Source of the DNA: an uncultured Acidobacteriota bacterium
GTDB lineage: Bacteria; Acidobacteriota; Terriglobia; Terriglobales; Acidobacteriaceae
Reading direction: 5' to 3'
Assembly: GCA_963757095.1 (NCBI GenBank)
Contig: CAVWQT010000006.1
Location: 32,960-96,959 of the forward strand
DNA: 64,000 nt
The notes under the pieces were generated by a model that saw nothing but the letters and a program-made list of their open reading frames with translations, ran no database searches and was not told the DNA's origin. The position numbers were made by a program, and so were the translations under genes. Position 1 is the first letter of the stretch. The number at the start of each line of letters is the position of its first letter. Below, piece after piece: positions 9,599-18,671 of this stretch.

Positions 9599-10196
9599 AT
9601 GCTCATGCGAGCCTTCAGATTTCCGGTTGTAGCGATTCTCTCGATACTGGTTGGGTGTTCGGCCTTCGTCTACGCGCAAGACGAGAAGCCCGAGCCAGAT
9701 AAACCACGGCAGGAAGAACCAAAGGCCCAACCCAAGCAGGATGAGGCCAAGCCTCCCAGGCAGGACGAGGCCAAGCCACGGCAGCAAGACGAGGCCAAGC
9801 CTCCGAAAGCAGAAAAGCAGGAAGAAAAACAACAGCAGAATCAGGAGCAAAGAGAGTCCCAGGGCCAGATGAAGTCGAACGAGATGAAGTCGAATCAGCA
9901 AGCGCATCCCGAACAGCCGGCCGGGAACGCCCGTCCCGCGGGGAAGGGTGGGCATATTCCGGATGACAAGTTCCACGCCCACTTCGGCCGCAGCCATCAC
10001 TTCGCCGCAAGAACGCGTGATTGTGTCAGGGCAACCGCAATTTCAGTACAGCGGCTACACGTTTGAGCTGGTGGATGCGTGGCCGCAAGACTGGGCTTAC
10101 ACCGATGACTGCTACATCGACTACATCGATGGAGAATATTTCCTGTTTGATCTTCTGCATCCAGGCATCCGCATCGCCGTATTCGTGGTGATGTAG
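9599..10196 (+). CDS. Secreted Lys/Gln/Glu-rich protein with a conserved C-terminal domain; frame interrupted near 10004-10008
   Basis: Signal peptide MLMRAFRFPVVAILSILVGCSAFVYAQ after AGGAGG. Track ORFs 9452-10066 and 9948-10196 join into ...GGHIPDDKFHAHFGRSHHF|QERVIVSGQPQFQYSGYTFELVDAWP...DCYIDYIDGEYFLFD if one base is removed. Confidence 0.65.
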
Positions 10197-10395
10197 CGTT
10201 CGTTTGATTTGCGGGCCAAGGTGGGCCGGGCTCGAACTCGGGTCAGTTGTTACCTGGAACGAGAGGTCCACCTTTTATTTTTCGGCGCAGCGGTTCATTC
10301 GTGCCGGAGAGCGGCCGCTTAAGCCCTGCGCGCCATCTTACAATCGCTACGCTCAAACTCTGGGCGCAGGAGCGATCCGCTGCGATAATGGCTCG

Positions 10396-11199
10396 ATGCA
10401 CGAGATGAGGAGTCAGAGTCTTCGTGCAATCGTCGAGCTTTTATCCGGGGGAAAGATGGGGCAACACAGTTTTGTTCCGGTGGAACCGAATGCCGCATCG
10501 CGGAGCGACCTGGTCACGCAAGGGTTTACTCGTCAGCCGCTCAGAGTTGACTTGGAGATAGCGCGCACGCTGGAAGAGTTATCCCATGCAGCGTGGTCGA
10601 TTCCCAGAGACAAGTACTACGAAGGGGGCGACCGGTATCGATCGTTAAACCGTCTGCGCGCCGAGATTGTTGAGGGCGGTGTGAAAGTCTGGTCGACAGA
10701 TGAGAGCACGCCGTATGTACAGCTGGAAAAATACAACACGACTCTAGGCGGCCAGCCGCGGGAATACGCTCCGCTGCCGCAGGCGATCGTCGCGACTGCA
10801 GGCGTGCGCAAGCTGGTGGCTTACCATCTTCGATATCTGCCGCTCTCGGCGGTGGGTGCGAAGTATTTAGTCAACCTGCATGTGATCCGGTTCACGGCTA
10901 CACCGGGCCGGCCATGCGACACGAGTCCACCGGGCTTACATAAAGATGGGGAAAAATATATCGCCACGCATCTGCTGGGCCGCTGTGGCGCGGAGGGCGG
11001 CGAAGTCATCGTCACCGACAACGACAAACACGAACTGGATCGCTTCACCATGCACGAATCGGGTGAGTGTTACGTCTTCGACGATGAGCGCGTCTGGCAC
11101 ATGTTGACGCCAGTGGCAGTGTTGGAGGGCAATCAGTACGCCTACCGCGACACGCTGGCGTTCGATATGCTGCCCGAGGGTTGGGAACCCACGAAATAA
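10396..11199 (+). CDS. 2OG-Fe dioxygenase-family (PF10014-like) protein
   Basis: GGDRYRSLNRL and SPPGLHKDGEKYIATHLL...GGEVIV resemble the 2OG-Fe_Oxy_2 family. An alternative start is ATG 10456, preceded by GGGGGA. Confidence 0.65.
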   Translation: MHEMRSQSLRAIVELLSGGKMGQHSFVPVEPNAASRSDLVTQGFTRQPLRVDLEIARTLEELSHAAWSIPRDKYYEGGDRYRSLNRLRAEIVEGGVKVWSTDESTPYVQLEKYNTTLGGQPREYAPLPQAIVATAGVRKLVAYHLRYLPLSAVGAKYLVNLHVIRFTATPGRPCDTSPPGLHKDGEKYIATHLLGRCGAEGGEVIVTDNDKHELDRFTMHESGECYVFDDERVWHMLTPVAVLEGNQYAYRDTLAFDMLPEGWEPTK

Positions 11200-11262
11200 T
11201 TTTGGGAGCAGGTAAGTGCCAGCTCTGGCGGCTCAACGAGTGGGCTGGCGATTTCGGATTCA

Positions 11263-11460
11263 CTACGCTGCGGATGGTCCCTTGTGCTGCGTGGCGCGAA
11301 TGTCCTCAATTCCTCTGAGCATCCTTGCCTTCTCGTAGCAAAGCTCGGCCAGCGCCACGAAAGGTTGGGCCTCGGCGGCAGATCCCGATTCCACAAGATG
11401 TTGGGCGTGTTCCGTGTATTCGTCGTATTGGGCTAGCTCGTAGTCGATCAGTTTAGACAC
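11263..11460 (-). CDS. Hypothetical small protein
   Basis: GTG at 11460 lies 5 nt after GGAGG. 65 aa, VSKLIDYELAQYDEYTEHAQHL...; the track ORF extends to 11559. Confidence 0.45.
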   Translation of the reverse strand: MSKLIDYELAQYDEYTEHAQHLVESGSAAEAQPFVALAELCYEKARMLRGIEDIRATQHKGPSAA

Positions 11461-11598
11461 GAGCACCTCCGGCGAGCGAAACGTTTTGGCATTCCCAGTT
11501 CTGATTGTTCCAGCGAACGGTCCTCTGCCATAGATGGCAGGAGTAACAGGCAATATCAATCGCGCGAACGGGCTGGCAGGATCGCGCGGCCTGCAACG

Positions 11599-11868
11599 CT
11601 ACTGCATTGCGTTCAGCTTCTGGTAGAACCACAATCCCACGAAAAGCAGGAGGAATATACCAGAACCAATGCTGAGCACGCGCATCGGGATGGTAAGACG
11701 ATTGACCTTGGCCAACAGTTCCGTCTGCTCCTCGTGCATGTGCGAGCTCGCGTCATCCAGAAACAACTGGTCATCCCTATGCATGCTGAGTGTGCTGTTG
11801 TAGATCAGGAGGACGATAAGAGGAATTGCGAAAACTGCGAAGATCACTGCCACGATAGTCAGCGTCAT
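11599..11868 (-). CDS. Hypothetical membrane protein (two TM segments)
   Basis: 89-aa ORF with GAGGTGG upstream of the ATG and hydrophobic N- and C-terminal helices. Confidence 0.55.
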   Translation of the reverse strand: MTLTIVAVIFAVFAIPLIVLLIYNSTLSMHRDDQLFLDDASSHMHEEQTELLAKVNRLTIPMRVLSIGSGIFLLLFVGLWFYQKLNAMQ

Positions 11869-12008
11869 AAGCCACCTCAGCCCGATTTCATCGTCAGTTC
11901 AAACGGCGTTCTCCGAACGAAGCTATGGGCCTTCCCAGTATGCCGCCGCTAGCGAACTGATTACTGTTCACTTTTGACCAGATTGACTTAGTGCAGGCTT
12001 CCGAAGGA

Positions 12009-13418
12009 CTACTGCGGCACAGCTTCAGTTTCTTTCAGTTTCTCGATGATCATGGGCCCCAGCTGCGAGACGCTGCCTGCGCCTAAAGTGAGGATCATGT
12101 CGCCTTCATGGGCGGCGCCGGCGGCGGCGTTTACTGCTTCGGCGAAAGATGCGACGTATGTGGCCGGCGGGCCGCCGGCGTCGCGAATTTTCTGCGCAAG
12201 CGTTTCGGCGGTGATGCCTTCGATGGGCTTCTCGCTGGCGGCATAGATGTCGAGGAGGTAGAGCGAGTCGGCGTCCTGGAAGGCGCCGGTGAATTCCTCA
12301 ATCAGGTCGCGGGTGCGGGTGAAACGGTGAGGCTGGAAGATGACGTGAATCTTGCCGTATCCGCACTGGCGGGCGGCGGCGAGCGTGGCTTTGATCTCGG
12401 TGGGATGGTGGCCGTAGTCGTCGATGACGGTGACGCCGGCGGCGTGGCCGCGGAGTTGGAAGCGGCGGTCGACGCCGCGGAATTGATCGAGCGCAGTGCG
12501 GATGAATTCTACCGGCACATCGAGGCCGATGCCGACGGCGATGGCTGCGGTGGCGTTGAGGATGTTGTGCACGCCCGGCACGTGCAGAGTGAACTCGCCT
12601 AAATCTTTCTGACGATAGTTGACTGCAAAGCGGCTGAGCGGGCGGGAGTCTCCCTGCCCTGGCAGCTTGGACAGTTGATGCTTGATCAGAAAGTCGGAGC
12701 CGCGGCGGGTTCCGTAGGTAACGGTGCGGCGCTGGACATCGGGCAGGACGCGGCGCAGGAGCGGATCGTCGTTGCAGGCGACGATCATGCCATAGAAGGG
12801 CACGCGATCCATAAAGTCGAGAAAAGTTTTCTTCACGTCGCGCATGTTGCGGTAGCAGTCCATGTGCTCGCGGTCGATGTTGGTGACGACCGAAAGAATT
12901 GGGCTCAACTTCAAGAACGACCGGTCGCTCTCGTCGGCTTCGGCGACCAGATATTGCGATTTGCCGAGGCGGGCGTTGGATCCCATGGCGTCGACGCGGC
13001 CGCCGACGACTACCGTGGGATCGAGGCCGCCGGCGGCCAGGACTGCGGCCACCATGGACGTGGTGGTCGTCTTGCCGTGCATGCCGGCGATGGCGATGCC
13101 GTATTTGAGGCGCATTAATTCGGCGAGCATCTCGGCGCGCTGGATGACCGGGATGTGCAGCTTGTGGGCGTCGGTGACTTCGGGATTCTCTTTGGCGATG
13201 GCGGAGCTGGTGACAACGACCTCGGCTCCGGCGATATTTTCGGCGCGGTGGCCTTCAAAGATTGTTGCGCCCAGACTGGCGAGGCGGTGCGTGACAGCGG
13301 AGTTTCTCAGGTCAGAGCCGGAGACTTTGTAGCCGAGGTTGAGCAGGACCTCGGCGATGCCGCTCATGCCGATGCCGCCGATGCCTACGAAATGGATGCG
13401 CTGAATTTTGGCGAACAT
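12009..13418 (-). CDS. murC: UDP-N-acetylmuramate--L-alanine ligase
   Basis: 469 aa, MFAKIQRIHFVGIGGIGMSGIAEVLLNLGYKVSGSD...GMHGKTTTTSM. Mur ligase motifs and dcw context. Confidence 0.95.
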   Translation of the reverse strand: MFAKIQRIHFVGIGGIGMSGIAEVLLNLGYKVSGSDLRNSAVTHRLASLGATIFEGHRAENIAGAEVVVTSSAIAKENPEVTDAHKLHIPVIQRAEMLAELMRLKYGIAIAGMHGKTTTTSMVAAVLAAGGLDPTVVVGGRVDAMGSNARLGKSQYLVAEADESDRSFLKLSPILSVVTNIDREHMDCYRNMRDVKKTFLDFMDRVPFYGMIVACNDDPLLRRVLPDVQRRTVTYGTRRGSDFLIKHQLSKLPGQGDSRPLSRFAVNYRQKDLGEFTLHVPGVHNILNATAAIAVGIGLDVPVEFIRTALDQFRGVDRRFQLRGHAAGVTVIDDYGHHPTEIKATLAAARQCGYGKIHVIFQPHRFTRTRDLIEEFTGAFQDADSLYLLDIYAASEKPIEGITAETLAQKIRDAGGPPATYVASFAEAVNAAAGAAHEGDMILTLGAGSVSQLGPMIIEKLKETEAVPQ

Positions 13419-13487
13419 AACGAACTACTGACCCGAATCCGTGGCAGCTCGGCACTACATAAGAACCCACAAGGTGGTCAGAAATCC

Positions 13488-13988
13488 TCAGCACACCCAC
13501 TTACGCCATGCGACCACGACCAGGCCGGTTCCTAGGAGCAACATGCTGCCAGGCTCGGGTACGTTCGAGACGTAGCGTTCGTTAAAAGTTTCCGTTAGGG
13601 TCTGCGAGCCGACCGTAAGCTGGACGGTCAGAGTGAAAGGCACGGGTTGATAACTATTGGGTAAGGAGAAGGAGGCAATCCATCCGCAAGTGTTACCGGC
13701 GGGGTAGCAGCTGCCAGAAAAATCCAGAACCTGCGGCGCTTGATTGGGCAAAAGCAGCGTCCATGCCATCGACATCGTATACGGTCCAGGCATATTCGGG
13801 CCCACAACTAATTCCAGATTACTCGTGGCCCCAAAACGACTGAGCACCAAGAGTTGGTCTACCCCGGAGGTCAACCGCATGTTGTCGGCGGTGACATTCA
13901 TGGTAAGCGAGTCCGTAAAGCGAACGGAGTTTCCAAACGCGGGCAGGGACGAAAGCAGGAGAACACTCGCGAGTATCCAGTTTTTCAT
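13488..13988 (-). CDS. PEP-CTERM sorting-domain secreted protein
   Basis: Signal peptide MKNWILASVLLLSSLPAFG and C-terminus VPEPGSMLLLGTGLVVVAWRKWVC (PEP motif, TM, basic tail). GAGGAG RBS. Confidence 0.85.
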   Translation of the reverse strand: MKNWILASVLLLSSLPAFGNSVRFTDSLTMNVTADNMRLTSGVDQLLVLSRFGATSNLELVVGPNMPGPYTMSMAWTLLLPNQAPQVLDFSGSCYPAGNTCGWIASFSLPNSYQPVPFTLTVQLTVGSQTLTETFNERYVSNVPEPGSMLLLGTGLVVVAWRKWVC

Positions 13989-14106
13989 GGCCTATTACTC
14001 CTCTTCGCAGTCTTCGAAGTCAATGCCGCTCCGGGGAGGTGGATTTTAAACCGCGCCACCTGGCAAGTCCAGCATCAAGCTTCACGTCAATCCTATAAGC
14101 CGGGGG

Positions 14107-15177
14107 CTAGCCCTGTTCGATTCCAGCCAGCCCCGCTGCCATTGCAGCTATATCATGCGCTGCGTTCGGATGGGCCAGGGATCTTGCTGCTGTACTCATC
14201 TCGTGCAGGCGTCTTGGGTCCTGCAGCAGGGTTGCGATCGTTTCGGCTAGCCACACTCCTTCGAGTTTTGATTCTTCGACTACCACCGCTGCTCCGTGAC
14301 GGGCCAGGGCTTCGGCGTTGACGCGCTGGTGATCGTCGGCGGCGCGCGGGAAGGGCACGAAGACTGCAGGCTTCCCTGCTGCTGCAATTTCGGCGACCGT
14401 GCTCGCGCCCGAGCGGCAGACTACGAGATCGGCGCTGGCGAATGCGGCGGGCATGTCTTCGATGAACTTATAAACCTGCGCTGACTCGCCGAGTGACTGA
14501 TACGCGGCCAGCGCGTCATTATAGTCACGCTCTCCGGTTTGATGAATGATGCGAATGCCGGGAGCTTCGCGCAGCAGCACGGGCAGGCAGCGGATCATGG
14601 CTTCGTTGATGGCGTGCGCGCCCTGGCTTCCGCCGAAGACTAGAAGCGTCGGCGTGCCTCCGCGCTTGGGTGGAATTTCGAAAAAAGCCTGGCGAACGGG
14701 AACTCCGGTGACTTCGGCGTGGCGGAAATAATGTGCGGTCTCTTCGAAGTGAACGGCGGCGGCTGAGACGAACTTGGCAACGATGCGGTTGGCGAATCCG
14801 GGCACTACGTTGGGCTCGAAGGCTAGCGTGGGAATGTGCTTGAGGATGGCCGACAACATTGCCGGGCCGGAGGCGTAGCCGCCAACGCCGATGACTACGT
14901 CGGGAGCGAAGTCGTTGAGCATACGTCCTGCATCCCAGAGGGCGCGAGGGAGATCGAATGCGGTTTTCGCGCGGGTGACGAGGCTGACATTTTTCAGCGC
15001 GCCTACGCGGACCAGTTGCAGAGGAAATCCGGCGGCGGGGACCAGGCGGTTCTCAATGCCGCGGGCCGTGCCGATGAAAAGAATCTCGGCGTCGTAGGTT
15101 TGCTTGAGTTGATTGGCGATGGCGAGCGCGGGAATGACGTGTCCTCCCGTGCCTCCGCCCGCCAGGATTGCGCGCAT
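14107..15177 (-). CDS. murG: UDP-N-acetylglucosamine--N-acetylmuramyl-(pentapeptide) pyrophosphoryl-undecaprenol GlcNAc transferase
   Basis: [21 protein letters not shown]..., with GGSQGA and a C-terminal GT28 domain. Start set at ATG 15177; the track ORF runs to 15195. Confidence 0.93.
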   Translation of the reverse strand: MRAILAGGGTGGHVIPALAIANQLKQTYDAEILFIGTARGIENRLVPAAGFPLQLVRVGALKNVSLVTRAKTAFDLPRALWDAGRMLNDFAPDVVIGVGGYASGPAMLSAILKHIPTLAFEPNVVPGFANRIVAKFVSAAAVHFEETAHYFRHAEVTGVPVRQAFFEIPPKRGGTPTLLVFGGSQGAHAINEAMIRCLPVLLREAPGIRIIHQTGERDYNDALAAYQSLGESAQVYKFIEDMPAAFASADLVVCRSGASTVAEIAAAGKPAVFVPFPRAADDHQRVNAEALARHGAAVVVEESKLEGVWLAETIATLLQDPRRLHEMSTAARSLAHPNAAHDIAAMAAGLAGIEQG

Positions 15178-15206
15178 GTGGTGACTATAACCCACGAACA
15201 GAATCC

Positions 15207-15293
15207 GCCACGGATTTACGCGGATTCACGCGGATAAAACCAAACCGAAAAATAACGAACGAAAGATCCGTGAGAATCCGTGCGATCCGTGGC
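15207..15293. repeat. Long imperfect hairpin built from ~10-nt CACGGAT/CGCGGAT units
   Basis: Left arm GCCACGGATTTACGCGGATTCACGCGGAT and right arm ATCCGTGAGAATCCGTGCGATCCGTGGC, separated by an A-rich loop. Confidence 0.8.
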
Positions 15294-15295
15294 CG

Positions 15296-15912
15296 CTATT
15301 TCTTTTCCAGACTTGCCGGCAGCGGATTGTCGGGACGCTCTGCATCCCACAGGATCGAAACGATCCACCAGCGCTTGCCGTCATTCAGCAACTGGAATGA
15401 GTTGACGCCGCGCTGGAACGGCTTCTCGCCGGGAGCGTGGCGTGACTCGTAGCTGCTGAGCACCTGGTTCATGTTGCCGAAGCCTGTGGTCTGGTTCACG
15501 ATGGCGTTTTCGTAGAAACCTTCTTTGGCGAAATGTTCGCGAGCCCGGTGAATGTAGTCGTCGATGCTGAAGGAGGCGATGTAGGGCGATCCGTCTGGAC
15601 GCTGGCCGACGGCGGTCAGGCGAACCTGGGGCAGGCACAGGGAATGGAAGCGGTCCCAATCGCGATCGCCGGCCGGGCCGGAGATCACGTCGTAGATGGC
15701 GTGCATGATGGCGTCGAGCGATTTGACGTCGTCGGGCTTGGGCGCGGGAACCAGCGCCGCGAGATCGGTGGCAGAGTAGATGGGCCCGGGCGTCGCGGTT
15801 GGCGCGGGTGTTTGCGCGGGCTGGAGCTGGCTCAGATTTCTGCGCTGCCGCTGAGACCGCGAGGCTCGCAGTGATGGCTACCGCCAGGAATAAGTTTCGC
15901 CAGAGATTTCAT
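15296..15912 (-). CDS. NTF2/SnoaL-like protein, probably secreted; N-terminal region needs two +1 shifts
   Basis: The core ORF 15296-15706 has DUF4440/SnoaL-like character (RWWIVSILWD). A strong AAGGAG-N5-ATG at 15912 opens only a 26-codon frame. The +1 frame then reads LFLAVAITASLAVSAAAQ (signal-peptide-like), and the next +1 frame joins the core ORF. Confidence 0.55.
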
Positions 15913-15982
15913 AGGTCTCCTTGATTCGTGACAAATCTTGGTTCATGACAAATCTTGATTCGCGACAAATCTTGGTTCGTGA

Positions 15983-17074
15983 TTATTCCGTCTGCTTGGT
16001 GATATTCAGCAGCACGCCCACGCAGGCCAGCGTTACGAATAATGACGAGCCTCCGTAGGATACCAGCGGCAGCGGAATGCCTTTGGTCGGCATCATGCCG
16101 AGAACCACGCTGATGTTGATGAACGCCTGCAGGGCGACCATGCTGGTGATGCCAACGGCGAGATAACGTCCGAATAAGTCGCGAGTCAGGGTGGAGGCGC
16201 GCAGGCCGCGCCAGAGAAATATGGCGAAGAGCGCGACTACGAACAGTGCGCCGACCAGGCCGAACTCTTCGGCGGTGACGGCGAAGATGAAATCGGTGTG
16301 CGGCTCGGGCAGGTAGAACAATTTCTGCTTGCCTTCCATCAGGCCGGTTCCGGTAAGGCCTCCGGTGCCCACGGCGATGAGCGATTGCACGATGTGGAAT
16401 CCCGCTTTCTGGCGATCGGCATAAGGATTGAGAAAGGCGAGGATGCGGTCGCGGCGCCAGGCCACGTGAAAGATCAGGAAATAGAGCGGTAACAAGGCAG
16501 CACCGAAGGAGTAGGCAAAATATCGCAGGCGCATGCCGGCGACATACAGAATGCAGGCGCTGATTCCGGCGCAGGCGATGGCGGTGCCGAGATCGGGCTG
16601 CAGAACGATGAGCGCGAGAAACACGAGTACCGGCGCGGCGGCGGGCATCAGCGTGTTGCGGACATCGTCGATCGACTTGGCGCGGCTCTCCAGAAAATAG
16701 GCAAGGAAGAGGATGAGGACGGGCTTGGCCAGTTCACTTGGCTGCAGGGAAAATATCCCGGCGTGAATCCAGCGATGGGTGTTGTGCGAGCGATCGAGAA
16801 AAAAGACGGAGATCAGCAGCAGCGTGGTCACGCCCATGAATGAGAAGATGAAGGCGGGATGCTTGTAGCGGCGGTAGTCCACGCGCATGGTGACGACCAT
16901 GGCGATTAGGCCGGCGACTGCGCAAATCAATTGCTTCGAGAGAAAGGCGTAGGGCGAACCGAAGCGCTCGCGCGCCATTACGGCCGACGCCGAAAAGACC
17001 ATCACCAGGCCGACGAATACCAGCAGCATGGTGACGGTGAACAACCAGCGATCGACACTGACGCGCTTCGCCAT
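15983..17074 (-). CDS. ftsW: Peptidoglycan glycosyltransferase / lipid II flippase FtsW (SEDS family)
   Basis: 363-aa polytopic membrane ORF with QPSELAKP, PEPHTDFIF and PLPLVSYGGSS motifs. dcw context. Confidence 0.93.
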   Translation of the reverse strand: MAKRVSVDRWLFTVTMLLVFVGLVMVFSASAVMARERFGSPYAFLSKQLICAVAGLIAMVVTMRVDYRRYKHPAFIFSFMGVTTLLLISVFFLDRSHNTHRWIHAGIFSLQPSELAKPVLILFLAYFLESRAKSIDDVRNTLMPAAAPVLVFLALIVLQPDLGTAIACAGISACILYVAGMRLRYFAYSFGAALLPLYFLIFHVAWRRDRILAFLNPYADRQKAGFHIVQSLIAVGTGGLTGTGLMEGKQKLFYLPEPHTDFIFAVTAEEFGLVGALFVVALFAIFLWRGLRASTLTRDLFGRYLAVGITSMVALQAFINISVVLGMMPTKGIPLPLVSYGGSSLFVTLACVGVLLNITKQTE

Positions 17075-17187
17075 GGGACATTTATTTCACCACGAGGGCG
17101 CGCGGAGGATTGGGATTGTTGTGATTCGTTGTTGCTTGTTTTGGTGCGGGGCGCAAGTAGGGAGGGATCAGGCCATGCGACACACAG

Positions 17188-17239
17188 GGCCTTAAGGCCA
17201 TTCGTTTTTGCGATGCTAACGCGGCCCTTAAAGGGCCGC
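17188..17239. repeat. Palindromes GGCCTTAAGGCC and GCGGCCCTT-A-AAGGGCCGC in the murD-ftsW spacer
   Basis: Inverted repeats read directly. Related in core (CCTTAAGG / CCTTAAAGG) to the ftsA-ftsZ spacer hairpins. Confidence 0.75.
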
Positions 17240-17300
17240 TCTTCCACTGGGCCGCGGGCAGGGCAAAGGGTTGGAGGTTATTAATCAGGCCCCCTACGCT

Positions 17301-18650
17301 TCACCCGCCCAACGCCTGCACCGTTTGTTTGAAAACCTTCCCGCGGTGTTCGTAGCTTTTGAACTGGTCGAAGCTGGCGCAGGCCGGGGCCAGGAGGACT
17401 ACATCGCCGGGCTGGGCTGTGGCGTTGGCCTTGCGGATGGCGTTTTCCAGCGTTTCGGCGTGGACAACTTCTACGCCTTTGATTTGCGATTCGATCTTCG
17501 CGGCGGCGGCGCCGATGGTGTAGACGCGCTTCACGCGCTGGCGCAGCAGGTCGTTGAGGACGGTGTAGTCGCTGCCTTTGTCTTTGCCGCCGAGGATCAG
17601 GTGGATGTTGGCGGGAAAGGATTCCAGCGCTTTGATGGTGGCGTCGACGTTGGTGGCTTTGGAATCGTTGTAGTAGTCGACGCCGTTGATGGTGGCCACG
17701 AATTCCAGGCGGTGCTCGACCGCTTTGAAATCCTGGACTGCCTGGCGAATTTTTTCTGGAGCGCAGCCCATGAGGGCTCCGGCGCAGGCTGCGGCCAGCA
17801 CGTTTTCGAGATTGTGAGCGCCTTTGAGCGGAATCTCGGAGACTTGCAGGATTTCTTTTTGGCCGGTTGGGTCGCGGAACAGGATGCTGCCATCCTGCAC
17901 CCACGCGCCTTGCTGAACTTCTTTCTGCCGGCTGAACCAGAAAATCTGAGCGCGAGTTCTTGCGGCCATGGTTACGCAGGTCGGGTCGTCGGCGTTGAGA
18001 ACTGCGAAGTCGCTCGACTGCTGGTTCTCGAAGATGCGGGCCTTGGCGTTGATGTAGACATCGAGCGTGCGATGGCGGTCGAGATGATCGGGCGTTACGT
18101 TGAGCACGACTGCAACTTTGGGGCGGAAGGTTTGAATGGTTTCCAGTTGGAAGCTGGAGACTTCGAGCACGATGATGGTTTCGGGCTTAGCGAGTTCGGC
18201 TAGGGAAATTGCGGGCGTGCCGATGTTGCCGCCGACCAGCGTGGGAAATCCGCCGGCAGTCATGATTTCTGCGGCCAGCGTGGTCGTCGTGGTTTTGCCA
18301 TTCGATCCGGTGATGGCGACGATGGGGCCGGGCAGGAATTGAGCAGCGAGTTCAATTTCGCCGATGACGGATTCACCGGCAGCGCGGGCCTGCACCAGCG
18401 GCGGAGCGTCGACTGGAACGCCGGGGCTGACCACGATCAGGTCCTGGCCGCGGAAGGTGCGTTCGCCGTGGCCTCCGGTTTCGACGGTGATGCCGTGATC
18501 GAGAAGCGCAGGAATTTCGTTGCGCAATTCGTCGCCGCTCTTGGTGTCGGAGACGGTGACGCGGGCGCCATGGCCTTTCATAAATAAAGCCGAGGCGACG
18601 CCGGATTTGCCGAGGCCGACTACCAGCACGCGTTTCCCGTTCAGTTCCAT
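17301..18650 (-). CDS. murD: UDP-N-acetylmuramoylalanine--D-glutamate ligase
   Basis: MELNGKRVLVVGLGKSGVASALFM...ITGSNGKTTTT. Start set at ATG 18650; the upstream part of the track ORF covers the repeat element. Confidence 0.93.
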   Translation of the reverse strand: MELNGKRVLVVGLGKSGVASALFMKGHGARVTVSDTKSGDELRNEIPALLDHGITVETGGHGERTFRGQDLIVVSPGVPVDAPPLVQARAAGESVIGEIELAAQFLPGPIVAITGSNGKTTTTTLAAEIMTAGGFPTLVGGNIGTPAISLAELAKPETIIVLEVSSFQLETIQTFRPKVAVVLNVTPDHLDRHRTLDVYINAKARIFENQQSSDFAVLNADDPTCVTMAARTRAQIFWFSRQKEVQQGAWVQDGSILFRDPTGQKEILQVSEIPLKGAHNLENVLAAACAGALMGCAPEKIRQAVQDFKAVEHRLEFVATINGVDYYNDSKATNVDATIKALESFPANIHLILGGKDKGSDYTVLNDLLRQRVKRVYTIGAAAAKIESQIKGVEVVHAETLENAIRKANATAQPGDVVLLAPACASFDQFKSYEHRGKVFKQTVQALGG

Positions 18651-18671
18651 TGAGATCAATTTAAATTCTTT

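Noticed and set aside
15207-15293. Possibility that the ~10-nt tandem units (here and at 18672, 24998, 28913, 45458, 48428) are CRISPR arrays
   Set aside because: The units are contiguous with no spacers, are only about 10 nt long with 2-3 copies per arm, and are arranged as inverted arms. No cas genes are in the window.
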